Part shown: piece by piece, positions 26,477 through 40,058 of the stretch
Numbering within the stretch: position 1 is the first letter of the stretch
Layout: each line of letters starts with the position of its first letter
Source: Octopus vulgaris
Taxonomy: Eukaryota
Length of the DNA stretch: 64,000 bases
Assembly (NCBI GenBank): GCA_951406725.2
Contig: OX597817.1
Location: forward strand, 147,932,001 to 147,996,000
Direction of reading: 5' to 3'
Program-made: the position numbers and the translations under genes
The notes under the pieces: generated by a model
What the model was told of the DNA's origin: nothing
What the model saw: the letters and a program-made list of their open reading frames with translations, nothing else
Database searches by the model: none

Positions 26477-26647
26477 AACATATACATTAATAATGGTATT
26501 TATATAAGCTTGAGGAACTATGTATATATTATATATGTGTACACATACATATATATACGCTTATATATATAAACGCTTATATATATATATATATATATAT
26601 ATATGCGTACTTACAAACATACAATTATATATAAGTCTGCACGTATG

Positions 26648-26734
<87 letters not shown>

Positions 26735-27548
26735 TTTTGTGCGCGTATGGCCAGTCTCATGCAAATTACGTAACTATGATTATAACCCCACTCGCCGCAT
26801 ATGCACAGATAAACTGTTGCGGTTTTAGATTAACTATAGTTAAACTGATGTTTAAGATAGACATGTATAGAGATATGCATAAATGTGCAGCACACAGACG
26901 CACCTATGCAACATTATGTATATATGTGTATATTTTCATGTAAAACTCTGTGTATATATTTGAACAGTATTAGAAATATGTAAGCGATACAATATATTCT
27001 TATACTACTAAAGAATATATGGAGAAAAATAAATACACCCACACAAACAGTCTCATATAAGCATTATTACTTTTAATCACGTAACTGTACAACCACATGT
27101 TCCTAACTAGAAGTCACACTCTCTGATTCGACATCGCATATGTGCACAATGTTATTGATTACTTTTGGAAGTGAAATAACAAAAACAGGGATAACATGAC
27201 GAAGCATTTGCTGTGGAATATTACAGATATGCTAAAGAGTGTAGGCTGCGAACTGACAGGGTTCTTATGTTAAGAATTATTACGGTTTTGCGGTGTTTCT
27301 TTCGGCTCAAATCCCGACGATGTCAACGAAGCAAATCATGTTTCAGGATCGATGAAATAAAGTATCTATGAAGTTCTGGATTCGATCTAAGCTATTTGCG
27401 CCCTCCCTTCAATATTGCTGGGGTTAAAATCTGCAAAGGATCGGTGTACCATTTAGTGCGAATGATGTGATGTCGGTGACTTATACGCCATGAAAATGAG
27501 GTAATTGACGTTATGAGTACTAGGACTCGGGTTAAAATGAATAAAAAT

Positions 27549-27925
27549 TGCTTACCAACCACATGGTGCCGGGTTCAGTCCCACTGCGTGGCACCGTGTG
27601 CAAGCCCATAGCTTCGGGCCGACCAAAGCCTTGTGAGTGGATTTGGTAGACGGTAACCGACAGAAGCCCGTCGTATATATTTATATATATACATGTATGT
27701 GTGTGTATATGTTTGTGTGTCTGTGTTTGTCCCCCCAATATCGCTTGACAACCGATGGTGGTGTGTTTACGTCCCCGTAACTTAGCGGTTCGGCAAAAGA
27801 GACCGATAGAATAAGTACTAGGCTTCCAAAGAATAAGTCCTGGGGTCTCGACTAAAGGTGGTGCTCCAGCATGGCCGCAGTCAACTGACTGAAACAAGTA
27901 AAAGAGTAAGAGAGTAAAAGAGTAT
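27549..27925 (+). mobile_element. SINE family A
   Basis: Matches 39848-40247; the first ~25 nt are missing. Confidence 0.9.
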
Positions 27926-28639
27926 AAAGAATGTGTATAATTTGTATGTATTTCGAAGGCATGACAGAAGGATGTTTGCACCGGGACGAAGTCGGAAGTC
28001 TTGTTACGAATTAGAATACGAAGGTAACAGAAAGAAGTGAAAGAGAAAAACGTAGAGAGATGAATAGAGAGAAAGAGATGGAGATAAATAAATAGAAACA
28101 GGGAGAGAGATACTGTAAGGGAATAAACGATAGCACGAAATCAACTGATATATATAGTGTTGGGTAAACTGCTAGAGAAAATGAGCGAATGCAAAGGAGA
28201 TGAGTATGAAAAAATGAAAGGCGAAAGGAGTTTGGAATTAATGGAGAAAGTGTTCAAGTGAGAAGAAAATTGAGATTTCTATAGAAAAGAAATAAGCATA
28301 GAATGTTTGAAATATTGAAAAAAAAAAATGCACGAAACAGATTCGCTGAGAGATGTAGGCAGAAAGAGAGAGTTTGGGTAGATTAACACTCAGGAATTGG
28401 ATAAAGATATATTTTCGAATAAAAGAGGCTGAAAAGAAAGCCACAAACAGATCGATAACAAGATCAGGAAGGGGAGAAAATGTATCTGCCATCATTAAAG
28501 AATCACAATAATATTGGTTTTAAATTTTGGTACGTCGACTCCCGTGCTCAACTGGTAATTATTTTATCTTCTCGGAACGATGAAAGGCGAAGTCGAAGGC
28601 TGAATATGAGCTTCAGAGTCAGGATAATAGTTGTTACTG

Positions 28640-29580
28640 AATAAGCAGTGAGTTGGCAGAATCGTTAGCACGCCGGTTGAAATGCTTAGAGTTATTTCGC
28701 CTGCCCTTACGTTCTGAGTTCAAATTCCGTCGAGGTCGACTTTGCCTTTCATCCTTTAGGGGTCGATAAATTAAGTATCAGTTGCGTATTGGGGTCGATC
28801 TAATCGACTGCCCACACTCCACCAAAAAAATTTCGCGCCTTGTGCCTGGAGTAGAAAAGAATATTTTAAAGGTAGCGAGCTGGCAGACACGCCGGGCGAA
28901 ATGCTTAGCTGTATTTCGTCTGCCGTTACGTTCTGAGTTCAAATTCCGCCGAGGTCGACTTTAACTTTTATCCTTTCGGGGTCGATAAATTAAGTACCAG
29001 TTACTCACTGGGGTCCATATAATCAACTTAATCCGTTTGTCTGTCCTTGTTTGTCCCCTCTGTGTGTAGCCCCTAGTGGGTAGTAGAGAAATAGGTATTT
29101 CGTCTGCCGCTATGTTCTGAGTTCAAATTCCGCCGAGGTCGACTTTGCCTTTCATCCTTTCGGGGTCGATTAAATAAGTACTAGTTACGCACTAGGATCG
29201 ATATCATCGACTTAATCCGTGTGTCTGTCCTTGTTTGTCCTCTCTGTGTTTAGCCCCTTGTGGGTAGTAATGAAATAGGTATTTCGTCTGTCATTATGTT
29301 CTGAGTTCAAATTCCACCTAGGTCGACTTTGTCTTTCATCGTTTCGGGGTCGATAAATTAAGTGTCAGTTGCGTACTGTGGTCGATCTAATTGACTGGCC
29401 CTTTTCCCCAAAATTCCGAGCCTTGTGCCTAGATTAGAAAAGAATGATTAGCGTCTTTACGTTCTGAGTTCAAATTCCACCGAGGTCGACATTGCCTTTC
29501 ATCCTTTCGGGGTGGATGAAATAGATGCCAGTTAACACTGGTGTTAATGTAATCGATTTGTGCCAAAATTTGAACCAAAT
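28640..29580 (+). mobile_element. Head-to-tail array of five SINE family B units (~183-185 bp period in the middle)
   Basis: TATTTCG(T/C)CTG…TTCTGAGTTCAAATTCC recurs at ~28693, 28912, 29097, 29280, with a further body at ~29455. Confidence 0.9.
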
Positions 29581-29748
29581 ACTAGTCATTGAGTTAACAC
29601 CGTCTTTTCGTCTATACATAATGTATATTCAGTTTGTTTCACAAGTAGAAAATATATTAATTCTAGCTTCATGATTGTTTCTTGCGTGGTTAGTATTTGT
29701 GACTAATTAAGTACAATGATACATTTTTTAAACGATATTGAAGATGAG

Positions 29749-29965
29749 GCGGCGAGCTGGCAGAAACGTTAGCACGCCGGGCGAAATGCGTAGCCGTATT
29801 TCGTCTGCCGTTACGTTCAGAGTTCAAATCACGCCGAGGTAGACTTTGCCTTTCATCCTTTCGGGGTCGATAAATTAAGTACCAGTTAAGCCCTGGGGTC
29901 GATGTAATCGACTTAATCCGTTTGTCCCCTCTATTTTTTAGCCCCTTGTGGGTAATAAAGAAACA
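29749..29965 (+). mobile_element. SINE family B monomer with 15-bp target-site duplication
   Basis: TSD GATATTGAAGATGAG at 29734-29748 and 29966-29980. Confidence 0.9.
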
Positions 29966-30144
29966 GATATTGAAGATGAGAGGAAGGAAAATTTTAAATA
30001 TAAAGTCTGATAAATTTCGATACAAGAATGGAATAAAAACGAATAATAGAATTCATGAGAAAAATTGAAGATCTTAGAAGAGAGAGAATCGGATAGAAAT
30101 AATTCTAGAGTGAGAGCGCTAAACAGTGATGAGTAAAAATGAAA

Positions 30145-30630
30145 TGTTATTAACAGTTCGCATATGCTAAAAGCACGCTCGAACTTGTAAACAAGCCATT
30201 CATCGTGTTTTGTCATGCAGAAAATTTCTCGCTGTAAACTTTTGGTGTAAATACATCCAAAATCGAACATGCTTTCAGCATTTTCGAACTGGTAATAACA
30301 CTGTATTTTTACTTATCACTGCTTAGCGATCTTACTCTGTAATTTAATTAGGATGACCCATCAATTTGCGTTACCAGCCGACGTATGTTGATTGCCAAAA
30401 CATAAGAGAGATTGTCTCTCTCTTATCAGCTCATAGCACCACTGGACAGTTTCTGTGACTGAAGAGGAGATAGCTACTCCGAAATACTTCTATTTCACAG
30501 TCTGGATATGTGGTGCTGCGACCTGATTTGGGTGTATTTACACTATATTTCGCTATGACTAACACACAGTGCATGACTTGTTTACGTCCGAACGAGCTTT
30601 TTGGTATATTCGAACTTGTAATAATACTGC
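30145..30630 (+). mobile_element. HHR-bearing module F4: ~325-bp unit with terminal direct repeat and an inverted 5' copy of its 3' part
   Basis: TTCGAACT(G/T)GTAATAA(C/T)ACTG at 30283 and 30609; 30145-30264 is a diverged reverse complement of ~30525-30628. Confidence 0.65.
30453..30500 (+). ncRNA. Type I hammerhead ribozyme, canonical core (F4)
   Basis: CTGTGA-CTGAAGA-GGAG atagcta CTCC-GAAA-TA cttc TA-TT-TCACAG: all three helices pair; AUU triplet. Confidence 0.85.
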
Positions 30631-30955
30631 AGAAATAACTGTGGCTTGGGAAAAGCAGTTGATAAAATATGGAATTATATAAGGAAATAAAATAAAGGAA
30701 CAGAAAATTATTTAGAAGAATCGATTGAGTTCAATAACGGAAAAATTTTAGAAGATGAGGACGAAACTGGTTCATATCATTGCGACAATAAGAGAATATT
30801 TTACATTGTTATTATACTAGAAATTTGACGTTTACTAAAATCAGGATAGAACGATACCCTGACCGGGCAGTGCATTATATTCTTGAGCAAAACACTTAAT
30901 TTTATGTTGTTCGAGCTCCCTCAGCTGTAAGGGAATTCCAGCAACAGCTGGGATA

Positions 30956-31200
30956 GTTAACTCTGCGAGGGCTGGTTCCTGTTCAGAAGTGGGGAAATGT
31001 TGTAATCTGTGTGAGTTATTCACCATGGAAAGCAGGTTAAAATTCTGTGAGGATCGCTTCCTGTTTGGAAGTGGGGAAGTGTTGTAATCTATGTGACTTA
31101 TTCACCACGGAAAGCAGGTTAAAATTCTATTAGGATCGCTTCCTGTTCAGAAGTGGGGAAGTGTTGTGATCTGCTGTCTTATTCACCACGGAAAGCAGGC
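30956..31200. repeat. 82-bp minisatellite, about 3 units
   Basis: TTCCTGTT.(A/G)GAAGTGGGGAA.TGTTGT…TTATTCACCA.GGAAAGCAGG starts at 30976, 31058 and 31140. Confidence 0.9.
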
Positions 31201-32453
31201 AAAGATCCGGCTTTATGAGTCATAGTGCCCTTGACAGACATGATGCTAAGTCTATCACATACTGAATGTAGCCTTTAAGTTTCTACAGGACAAAAGATTT
31301 CATTACAGGAGTAGTCATTTCACGAGTTAGAAAATCTTAATATACTTAGGTAAACTAAAAGAAAATTCGGAGGAAAACGAACATGCAAGAAAATTAAATT
31401 AACAAACAAGAAGCCTTTCGGAGCAATGGTTTATTTCTTATCCTGACGTATTATTACATTGGCTGAATGGTTAAAATGGCAATTTCTTTAATTGACTGAA
31501 TTATCTGGAAATCAAATCCAGTGTCTGTCTGAATGTGAAAGGAAGGACACTGTGACCCTACTGTTCTACAAACGTTACTCTAGGGTAGGATAAGGAATAA
31601 AACTGATTCCTATCTAACTAATTGAAATTTGAAGTGTATTTTATCATTATTCAGTGCCGGAAACAGATAAATTTAAATAGAGAATGTAGAGAATATATTG
31701 GAAAGCCTTGCCAGTTTGGAAAAGAAAACATTGGATGCTGCCACCTATTGTTGTTGCTCCTCTAGGTGTAGAAAGAGCTGAATTGTTAGTAACTGATAAT
31801 TTTCCGGTTCTTGACATTGATACTGCTCGCCTGGCTTTTGTTGACTTTTATTTACGCTTTCTGTTCTTACTCTTGAAAGATTTGCTGTAGCAAGGCATGA
31901 TATTGCTGTTGTTGGTGTTATTGATTCTATTTATCATTCTGTTATTCTAGGGATGATGTCTTTCTTCTGTAATTTGTAATGGTTTTACTGTTGAGTTTTA
32001 CGAAATAGAAGCTTTACACTACCTGAAAGCAATTTATTATGAAGACCAAAATACAGCAAACACACACAATAGGGTTGTACTGATGTGACCACACACAAGC
32101 CAAATCTGTAATCAATAGCTTTCCGTTAGTTATGAGTAAATGATTATATTAATATGACAATAATTAAATGTATCCTTCAGTGGGTGAGTGAACATTTTGA
32201 TTGCAGGTTGTAGGTCTTTCTTAACAACGCTGTGATGTTCATTCTGTTTCAAAAAGCAGTAGAGATTATACTGAAACGATCGGACACGATTCTATGTCGT
32301 GACACTTGTGTGGTAAGTAGATTGCTTACCAACCACATGGTTCCGGGTTCATCTCGCTGCATGGCACCTTGGACAAGTGTCTTCAAATATAGCTTCGGGC
32401 AGACCAAACCCTTGTGAGTGGATTTGGTAGACGGAAAATGAAAGAAACCTGTC

Positions 32454-32520
<67 letters not shown>

Positions 32521-32522
<2 letters not shown>

Positions 32523-33232
32523 TATATAAATTTAAAATCTTTATATGAAATTATCATTAGTTAGCGTGAAAAACCTCGTAAGAGAAAAAGATCCGTAAAT
32601 TTTTCCACTTTGAAAATATTTATTTATATTATATAGAGGGTACAACTATTCATAGATACCGCACGCTAGGAGGGGCCCTTGCGGCCAAAACTACTAAAAC
32701 AAACAGATTTTACCGAATGCAAAACTTCAAAGCAAGTCATTTAAAAAAAGAATTTAGTTACATATCACCTGTGATTTCGCAATTAATGCAGAATATGCAT
32801 TCTATGCTCATCAGTGCAACAAACTCAATACATATAAGAAAAAACATAACATTACAAACCCGACAGCCAACCGTAGAATTCGTCGTAGCATGTACGAATG
32901 TTTATCTTTACATATCTATGAAAATGGCGGGCTTATTCGCAATGCATTTCGGTTACAAATTGTTTACTCGGAACAAAATTCAGTAATGAACTATTCCGGT
33001 GAAAAATATAAATTTAAAATTGAGGATAAAATCTTTATAAGAAATTATCAGTAGTTAGCCTGAAAAACCTCGTAACAGAAAAAATCCGTCAATTTTTCCA
33101 CTTTGAAAATATTTTAAATGACTTGCTTTGAAGTTTTGCATTCGGTAAAATTTGTTTGTTTTAGTAGTTTTGGCCGCAAGGGCCCCTCCTAGCGTGCGGT
33201 ATCTATGAATAGTAGTACCCTCTATATAATAT
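32521..33232 (-). mobile_element. HHR-bearing module F5: ~495-bp unit, partial tandem repeat and ~120-bp inverted end
   Basis: 32521-32620 repeats ~33005-33114; ~33112-33232 is the reverse complement of ~32625-32745. Confidence 0.85.
32757..32820 (-). ncRNA. Type I hammerhead ribozyme, canonical core (F5)
   Basis: GTTGCA-CTGATGA-GCA…TGC-GAAA-TCAC ag GTGA-TA-TGTAAC; AUA triplet; predicted cut between 32763 and 32762. Confidence 0.9.
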
Positions 33233-33238
33233 AAATAC

Positions 33239-33271
<33 letters not shown>

Positions 33272-33428
33272 AGTGTTTGTGTCTGTGTTTGTTCCCCAAC
33301 ATCGCTTGACAACCGATGCTGGTGTGTTTACGTCCCCGTAACTTAGCGGTTCGGCAAAAAGAGACAGATAGAATAAGTACTAAGCTTACAAAGAATAAGT
33401 CTTGTGGTCGATTTGCTCGACTAAAAGC

Positions 33429-34121
<693 letters not shown>

Positions 34122-34776
34122 TTAGAGATGATGTGCATTAGATTGATAAAGAATAGGATTTATCTGGCAGGGAATGAACGGGAATGGAAATTATGAAGGG
34201 GACCTCTATTTTTAACTCGTTATCGAAGAAATGAGAAAAATGAAAACTTAGATTATCTCTGATGGATATTAACAAAACCTGACGATTGGCTAGGTTAAAA
34301 ATTTTTGTCGCTTTACCGGCAGTATGCAATGAGTGTTTCGAAGGCATTTAAGGAGAGGACGTTAAGGAGGAGTGAGTTAACATAGCTACTTTCAAGGAAG
34401 GATATTACTTAGTCGAAATGATGGACAGTGGTCATAGAAGGACTAGAGAGAGAGAGAGAGAGAGAGTAAGAGAACTGGAGTAGAGGCAACAATTAAATAT
34501 AGTGAAATTGAAGCAGAAAAAGTTTGAGCAAAAGTACATTGCATTTTCGAGGAATCTACATGAGAGTAGATATAGTCACGGGGGCATGTGTGGTTAACAG
34601 GTTCATTTCAAGGGTATATCTTTTTCTGTATCTCTACCACTGAGCGCCGTCTTCGACAAATGTTTCAGCGAGACCATTGGATCAAAGGATGTCGTATGCG
34701 TGAAGTTTGTAGACACAAACTGTGCAAAAATCCAGCTTGTGCCAAACACAACGAAAACACATACACACGTACTTAC

Positions 34777-34810
<34 letters not shown>

Positions 34811-34811
34811 T

Positions 34812-34861
<50 letters not shown>

Positions 34862-34941
34862 CATATATGCATATATATATATATATTCATGTATATATAT
34901 ACATATATATATATATTGTTGTATGTATGTATATATCTATG

Positions 34942-35030
<89 letters not shown>

Positions 35031-35350
35031 AATATATATACATATATATGTATGTATACATTTGTATATATGCATAACTGTGGCATTATCGGTTGCCGGT
35101 TATAAAGGTGTGAATCACCGGGCTACAGTATTCTTGATGAGAATGCTGAAAGTGGATATCTGTAACTTGGATCAGACCAAATACCACAATGACACAAAAA
35201 TGCCTTTCAATCAACACTAGTTGTCGGTTTTCTTTATTGCACCTTTCGGCGATGTATATCGAAGAAATTTATATACGCGGAAACGTATTTACGCATATAC
35301 ATACATACAAACATACATGTATGCATACATTCATTTATATACATGTATAT

Positions 35351-35609
35351 GTATATTTAGAGTTAAAAGCACGAGGTGGATAACCATATGCTAGAAGAAG
35401 ATCAAATACGATCTAACTACAAAGAAAGAATGTTCTTCAGAGAAAATTCAGCGAATACCAGAACATAGGCAGGCAATTTTCATCTGTCTTGCCCGTCTAT
35501 GTGCTGGTGTTCGCTGAATTTTCTCTGGAGAACATTCTTTCTTTGTAGTTAGATGTGATCTTCTTCCAGCATATGGTTATCCACCTAGTGGTTTTAACCC
35601 TAAATATAC
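35351..35609. repeat. Foldback with ~120-bp arms, same family as 5224-5439
   Basis: Shares TATGCTAGAAGAAGATC and TTTCAT.TGTCTTGC.CG…CTGGTGTT.GCT.AATTTTCT with the 5.2-kb hairpin. Confidence 0.85.
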
Positions 35610-36409
35610 TCTTGTATTGAAATTTTTTCTGATTTTTTTAGATTTTTCATATATGCTAGGCTACTGGTTTTAAATTGATATTTATTAAAGTAATATTCAA
35701 TTTATCTCCCTCATTATATATAAATATATAATCTTCGGCGACCAACTCAGTGAAAGCATCTTCGATATTTATTTCACCAGGAGTAAGAACTATTTGAAAC
35801 CAGAAAATAGTGAGACGAAAAATTATTCAAATGATAATTATTCAAATGTTACATTCATAACCCTTTTAATCGGGCGGGTAGTTACCCGGTTTAACATCCC
35901 CACTTGGCTCTTAAGTATGTTTAACTTAGTTCACTCTGAACGCATTACTTCAAAACAAGTTTTCAGTCTGAGGGTGGCTTTTTCCCTACACGATAGAATC
36001 CTTCCCTCTGATCCACCTGTTACTTCTCTTAATTATTTCGCAGTAAATTTAACGTATTTTTACACATTATCTAATTTTACATATGGATGGTGTGGTGTTG
36101 GCATCTAATCTGTATAACGTATTATACATCCTACGACAAGATATAAGTGATAAATTTAATTCATTGCGATAGTTCCTTCGTGTACAGTTATGAGATAACG
36201 ATACTAATAAGACTTCGCGCAGTAAGTAAACCTGATTAAGAAGAGAATGAAATCGAAGAAAATAATCAAATAACGAAGCGTAAACAAAACTTTAATAGAA
36301 TTATAATAAGTAAAATAACGATGTAACTTTTTTTTCTATTACAAAAATAAACAAAAGATATATCCAACACTGACAGCCGGTGTACATACATGCGTACATA
36401 CATACATGC

Positions 36410-36478
<69 letters not shown>

Positions 36479-36544
36479 TGTATATGTAAATATATATATG
36501 TATATATATACATATATATATGTAAATATACATATGTATACAAG

Positions 36545-36591
<47 letters not shown>

Positions 36592-36627
36592 ACACACATA
36601 TATATATATATACATATGTATATATAT

Positions 36628-37120
36628 AACGAAATGCAAGCGGCTAACCGATTGAATTCTTAGAACTTTTAGAACAAGAGATCGGGAAACGATGATGGCC
36701 CTCTGGAGGATACTTGTCCCAAACTTCGGCATCGAGAGTCGCACATATACTAGAACTGGGCGCCACTGCAAAATGCCAAGGACTCCAAATTTGCCATCAA
36801 GATATAGGACAAAATACTGCAAAATTCTGGGCTTCAGAGGGCCGCAGCTCTTCAATATAACCCCGAATGACCTGAGAGACCTGCATGGAGTGATGGTAGG
36901 TGTCTTCAAAATGAAGCGGGAACTCTTACTGTCAAGTGTCCTAGATAAGCCAACTTCACGGCAAGAAGTACAGATGAGGGCTGCATCAAACTCACTCATG
37001 CACCAAATGTCAATTTCTAAAAAGCATTAGTGAAAGAAAATTATGCAGCAACATCAAATGGTGGTGTCCCCAGCATGACCACAGCTCCTGAGCTAAAACT
37101 AGATCAAATGAAATCAAATC
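36628..37120 (+). mobile_element. 3' end of a CR1-group LINE (ORF2 C-terminus plus 3' UTR)
   Basis: [25 protein letters not shown]|ILVPNFGI…RTGRHCK…[39 protein letters not shown]…RAASNSL resembles CR1-type GP.LFN.LP..IR…FK..LD..L..VPD.P…SNSL; short tandem tail AAATG/AAATC. Confidence 0.8.
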
Positions 37121-37195
37121 ACATAAATTTGTGTGTATACATATATATGTACATATATATATTTATATATATGCATATATATATACAAACATATA

Positions 37196-37256
<61 letters not shown>

Positions 37257-37286
37257 ATTTTTCCTCTCCTTGTTTTTTTCTGTGTA

Positions 37287-37324
37287 TCTTTCTGTCGAAG
37301 AGCGTAGGCTCGAAACGTATAAGA
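37287..37324 (+). ncRNA. Minimal hammerhead-like motif with U at core position 6 (F6), in a module at 37255-37418
   Basis: TCTTT-CTGTCGA-A-GAGC gtag GCTC-GAAA-CG-TA-TAAGA. Confidence 0.5.
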
Positions 37325-37465
37325 CTTTTTCTATTCCTCAGCGCTATACTAATACATTTATTTGTTTGTACTCCACCTCCCTTCGTCTTTTGTTTATTTT
37401 CGTAAACTTTCCCTTTATATATAAAAATATATATATGTACATATATATATATATATATAAATATG

Positions 37466-37566
<101 letters not shown>

Positions 37567-38901
37567 GGATAGATAGATATACACACATGTATTTGCTTCT
37601 ATGCCACATGGTTCCGGGTTCTGTTTTGCTGTATGTCACTGAGAAATACTTAAGCCGCGGCTCAACCGCGGCCTTGTGAGAATTGGTAGACGGAAACTGA
37701 AAGTACACCGTGCTGTTTTGACACACACACACACGCACACATACACATAATAATTTGTTATGTAACCAGAATATGGATTTGGTATGAATCCTTGTTTCGT
37801 ACAATGGTCGTTTCGACCCATCTTGCTAATGTCCCTTATATGTGGGGTTCCGTTCGGCATGTTGTGTTACATCTTTTTCACAGCCACCATCTCATCAGGT
37901 ACATCCATACATAAAGGTGTGTCCCGCTAAAGATCCTGAATGTTGTTATATACCCGTCTGGTTAGGGATTAAAACATTACTACAAATTTTAATAAGAATT
38001 ACAAACATTTGTAAATTGAGACAAATAACTATTGATTAAAAAAATATAGATTAAAAAAATTCCGCTAAAATATGATCAAAACAGGAAGTACTCTATGCAG
38101 CGAGAGGTGTTATTTAATGTGTACAGTAAAAACATAGAGGTATTTCGTTGGCAGGTTTTTGTAACATACCTTGTGTCTCCAAGCAATTCTCGGGCTCTGA
38201 GCCCATGGCCTATTCATTTTGCAACTCAGGACGCTGGTACAAGAGAAATAACGATAGAAAAACGACAACAGAGATGCAAAAAGTAGAAGGATGAACAAAA
38301 ACAGAAAACGGAAAGAAAATAAAAGGACGTAAATTTCCTTTGGTTTTTTGTTTTTTTTTGCTTTTTCCGTAGTTTGATAAATTATGAGTAGTTTTAAATT
38401 TGGAATGCATTCTTTATAGTGGAAACACTGACAAAAAAAAAGCATACCAATAGTAAACGTTATCATAAACCTATCAATTCCTTCTGTCCTGGGCGTCAAA
38501 TCATGTTTAATGCAGTAGGAAAAATACAGAAAGTAAATTGCATGGTCAACTATATCCGAACCGAAGTAGATTTTACACAACTGTAATATATCACCCCTAC
38601 AACATTGTCATTTCGGATTATAGTCTGAACTTAGTTTGATCTCGCAAGAAAACAAATATTCGTCTCACAGACGGGACGAAAATGAAATATGTTATTCTTA
38701 AAGAAATGTAAATTTTGAAAGTCTAATACAGAGACACGACAGAAAAGTGATCAGATGTCTATATGAATTTGAATATATTTAAATATATTTACAGAAAACT
38801 TCTATATCGATTCATGTAATTGCCTATCATTGTCTCTGTCGAGTAGTTCAGATATCTATCTGAATGTCTGCATTTCACTAAGTTCTGTCTGAATATATCT
38901 G

Positions 38902-38967
<66 letters not shown>

Positions 38968-38969
<2 letters not shown>

Positions 38970-39141
38970 CGTAGGAGTAACTGTGTGGTAAATAGCTTGC
39001 TTACCGACCACATGGTTTCGGATTCAGTCCCACTGCGTGGCACCTTGGGCAACCGTCTTCTAGTATAGCCTCGTACCAACCTAAGCCTTGTGAGTGGATT
39101 TGGTAGACGGAAATCGAAAGAATCTCATCATATATATGTAT

Positions 39142-39177
<36 letters not shown>

Positions 39178-39417
39178 GTGTGTGTGTGTGTGTTTGTGTG
39201 TGTATGTGTGTGTATGTATGTTTGTGTGTCTGTGTTTGTCACCCCAAAATCGCTTGACAACCGATGCTGCTGTGTTTACGTCCCCGTAACCTAGCGGTTC
39301 GGCAAAAGAGACCAGTAGAATAAGTCCTGGCGTCGATTTGTCCGACTAAAGGCGGTGCTCCAGCATAGCCACAGTCAAATGACTGAAACAAGTAAAAGTG
39401 TAAAAGAGAGTAAGAGT
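38968..39417 (+). mobile_element. SINE family A
   Basis: Head-to-tail match to the other copies, with a short internal deletion near the tail. Confidence 0.9.
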
Positions 39418-39478
39418 ATATATACATATCTTTTCTATTTATTTAAATATCTACCACATTACCTACACATATTTGTAA

Positions 39479-40019
39479 TACAGTAATCTCTCTACTATCG
39501 CGGGTGTTACATTTCACCCCCACCTCGCGATAGGTGAAAATCCGCGAAGTAGAGACAATAATGTACTATATATTTTTGTTATTATTTTCATAAGTTTTAT
39601 ATATTTATTTTATTATACATGCAAAACAACACCATAGACTCGTCCCTCGAGGTTCGTTTTCCATACAGTATGTGCATTTCTTTGTTTACTCATCTTCTGT
39701 ACGCTATGTGTTTTCTTTTAATATGTTTTAATTAATGTGTTATGCAGTGCAGAACTGTATTTTTATTTATTAATTCATTAATGTTTAGGCGTGGAAAGGA
39801 TTATTCTAGCATAAAAATATCGAAAATCTAAAAACATATATGGATATAGGCGCAGGAGTGGCTGTGTGGTAAGTAGCTTGCTAAGCAACCACATGGTTCC
39901 GGGTTCAGTCCCACTGCGTGGCATCTTGGGCAAGTGTCTTATGCTATAGCCCCGGGCCGACCAATGCCTTGTGAGTGGATTTGGTAGACGGAAACTGAAA
40001 GAAGCCTGTCGTATATATG

Positions 40020-40058
<39 letters not shown>

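Larger units (their letters stand above)
32305..33428 (+). mobile_element. SINE family A split by the F5 module inserted in its internal (TA)n
   Basis: 5' half 32305-32456; 3' half resumes at ~33240. Confidence 0.8.

Noticed and set aside
31690-32023. Exon-like segment after a minus-strand TTTCAG|G acceptor
   Set aside because: All three frames stop shortly after the acceptor; could be UTR or lncRNA but unsupported.
32625-33232. Interpretation as a MITE with 120-bp TIRs
   Set aside because: The second copy (56172-56636) has a different, 27-bp inversion; an internal segment is repeated outside the supposed TIR; and it contains an HHR.
35125-35165. TTGATGA…GAAA motif
   Set aside because: No helix II or III can form.
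38110-38580. 156-aa minus-strand ORF, possibly a LINE remnant
   Set aside because: No motif I can identify with confidence; partly low-complexity.
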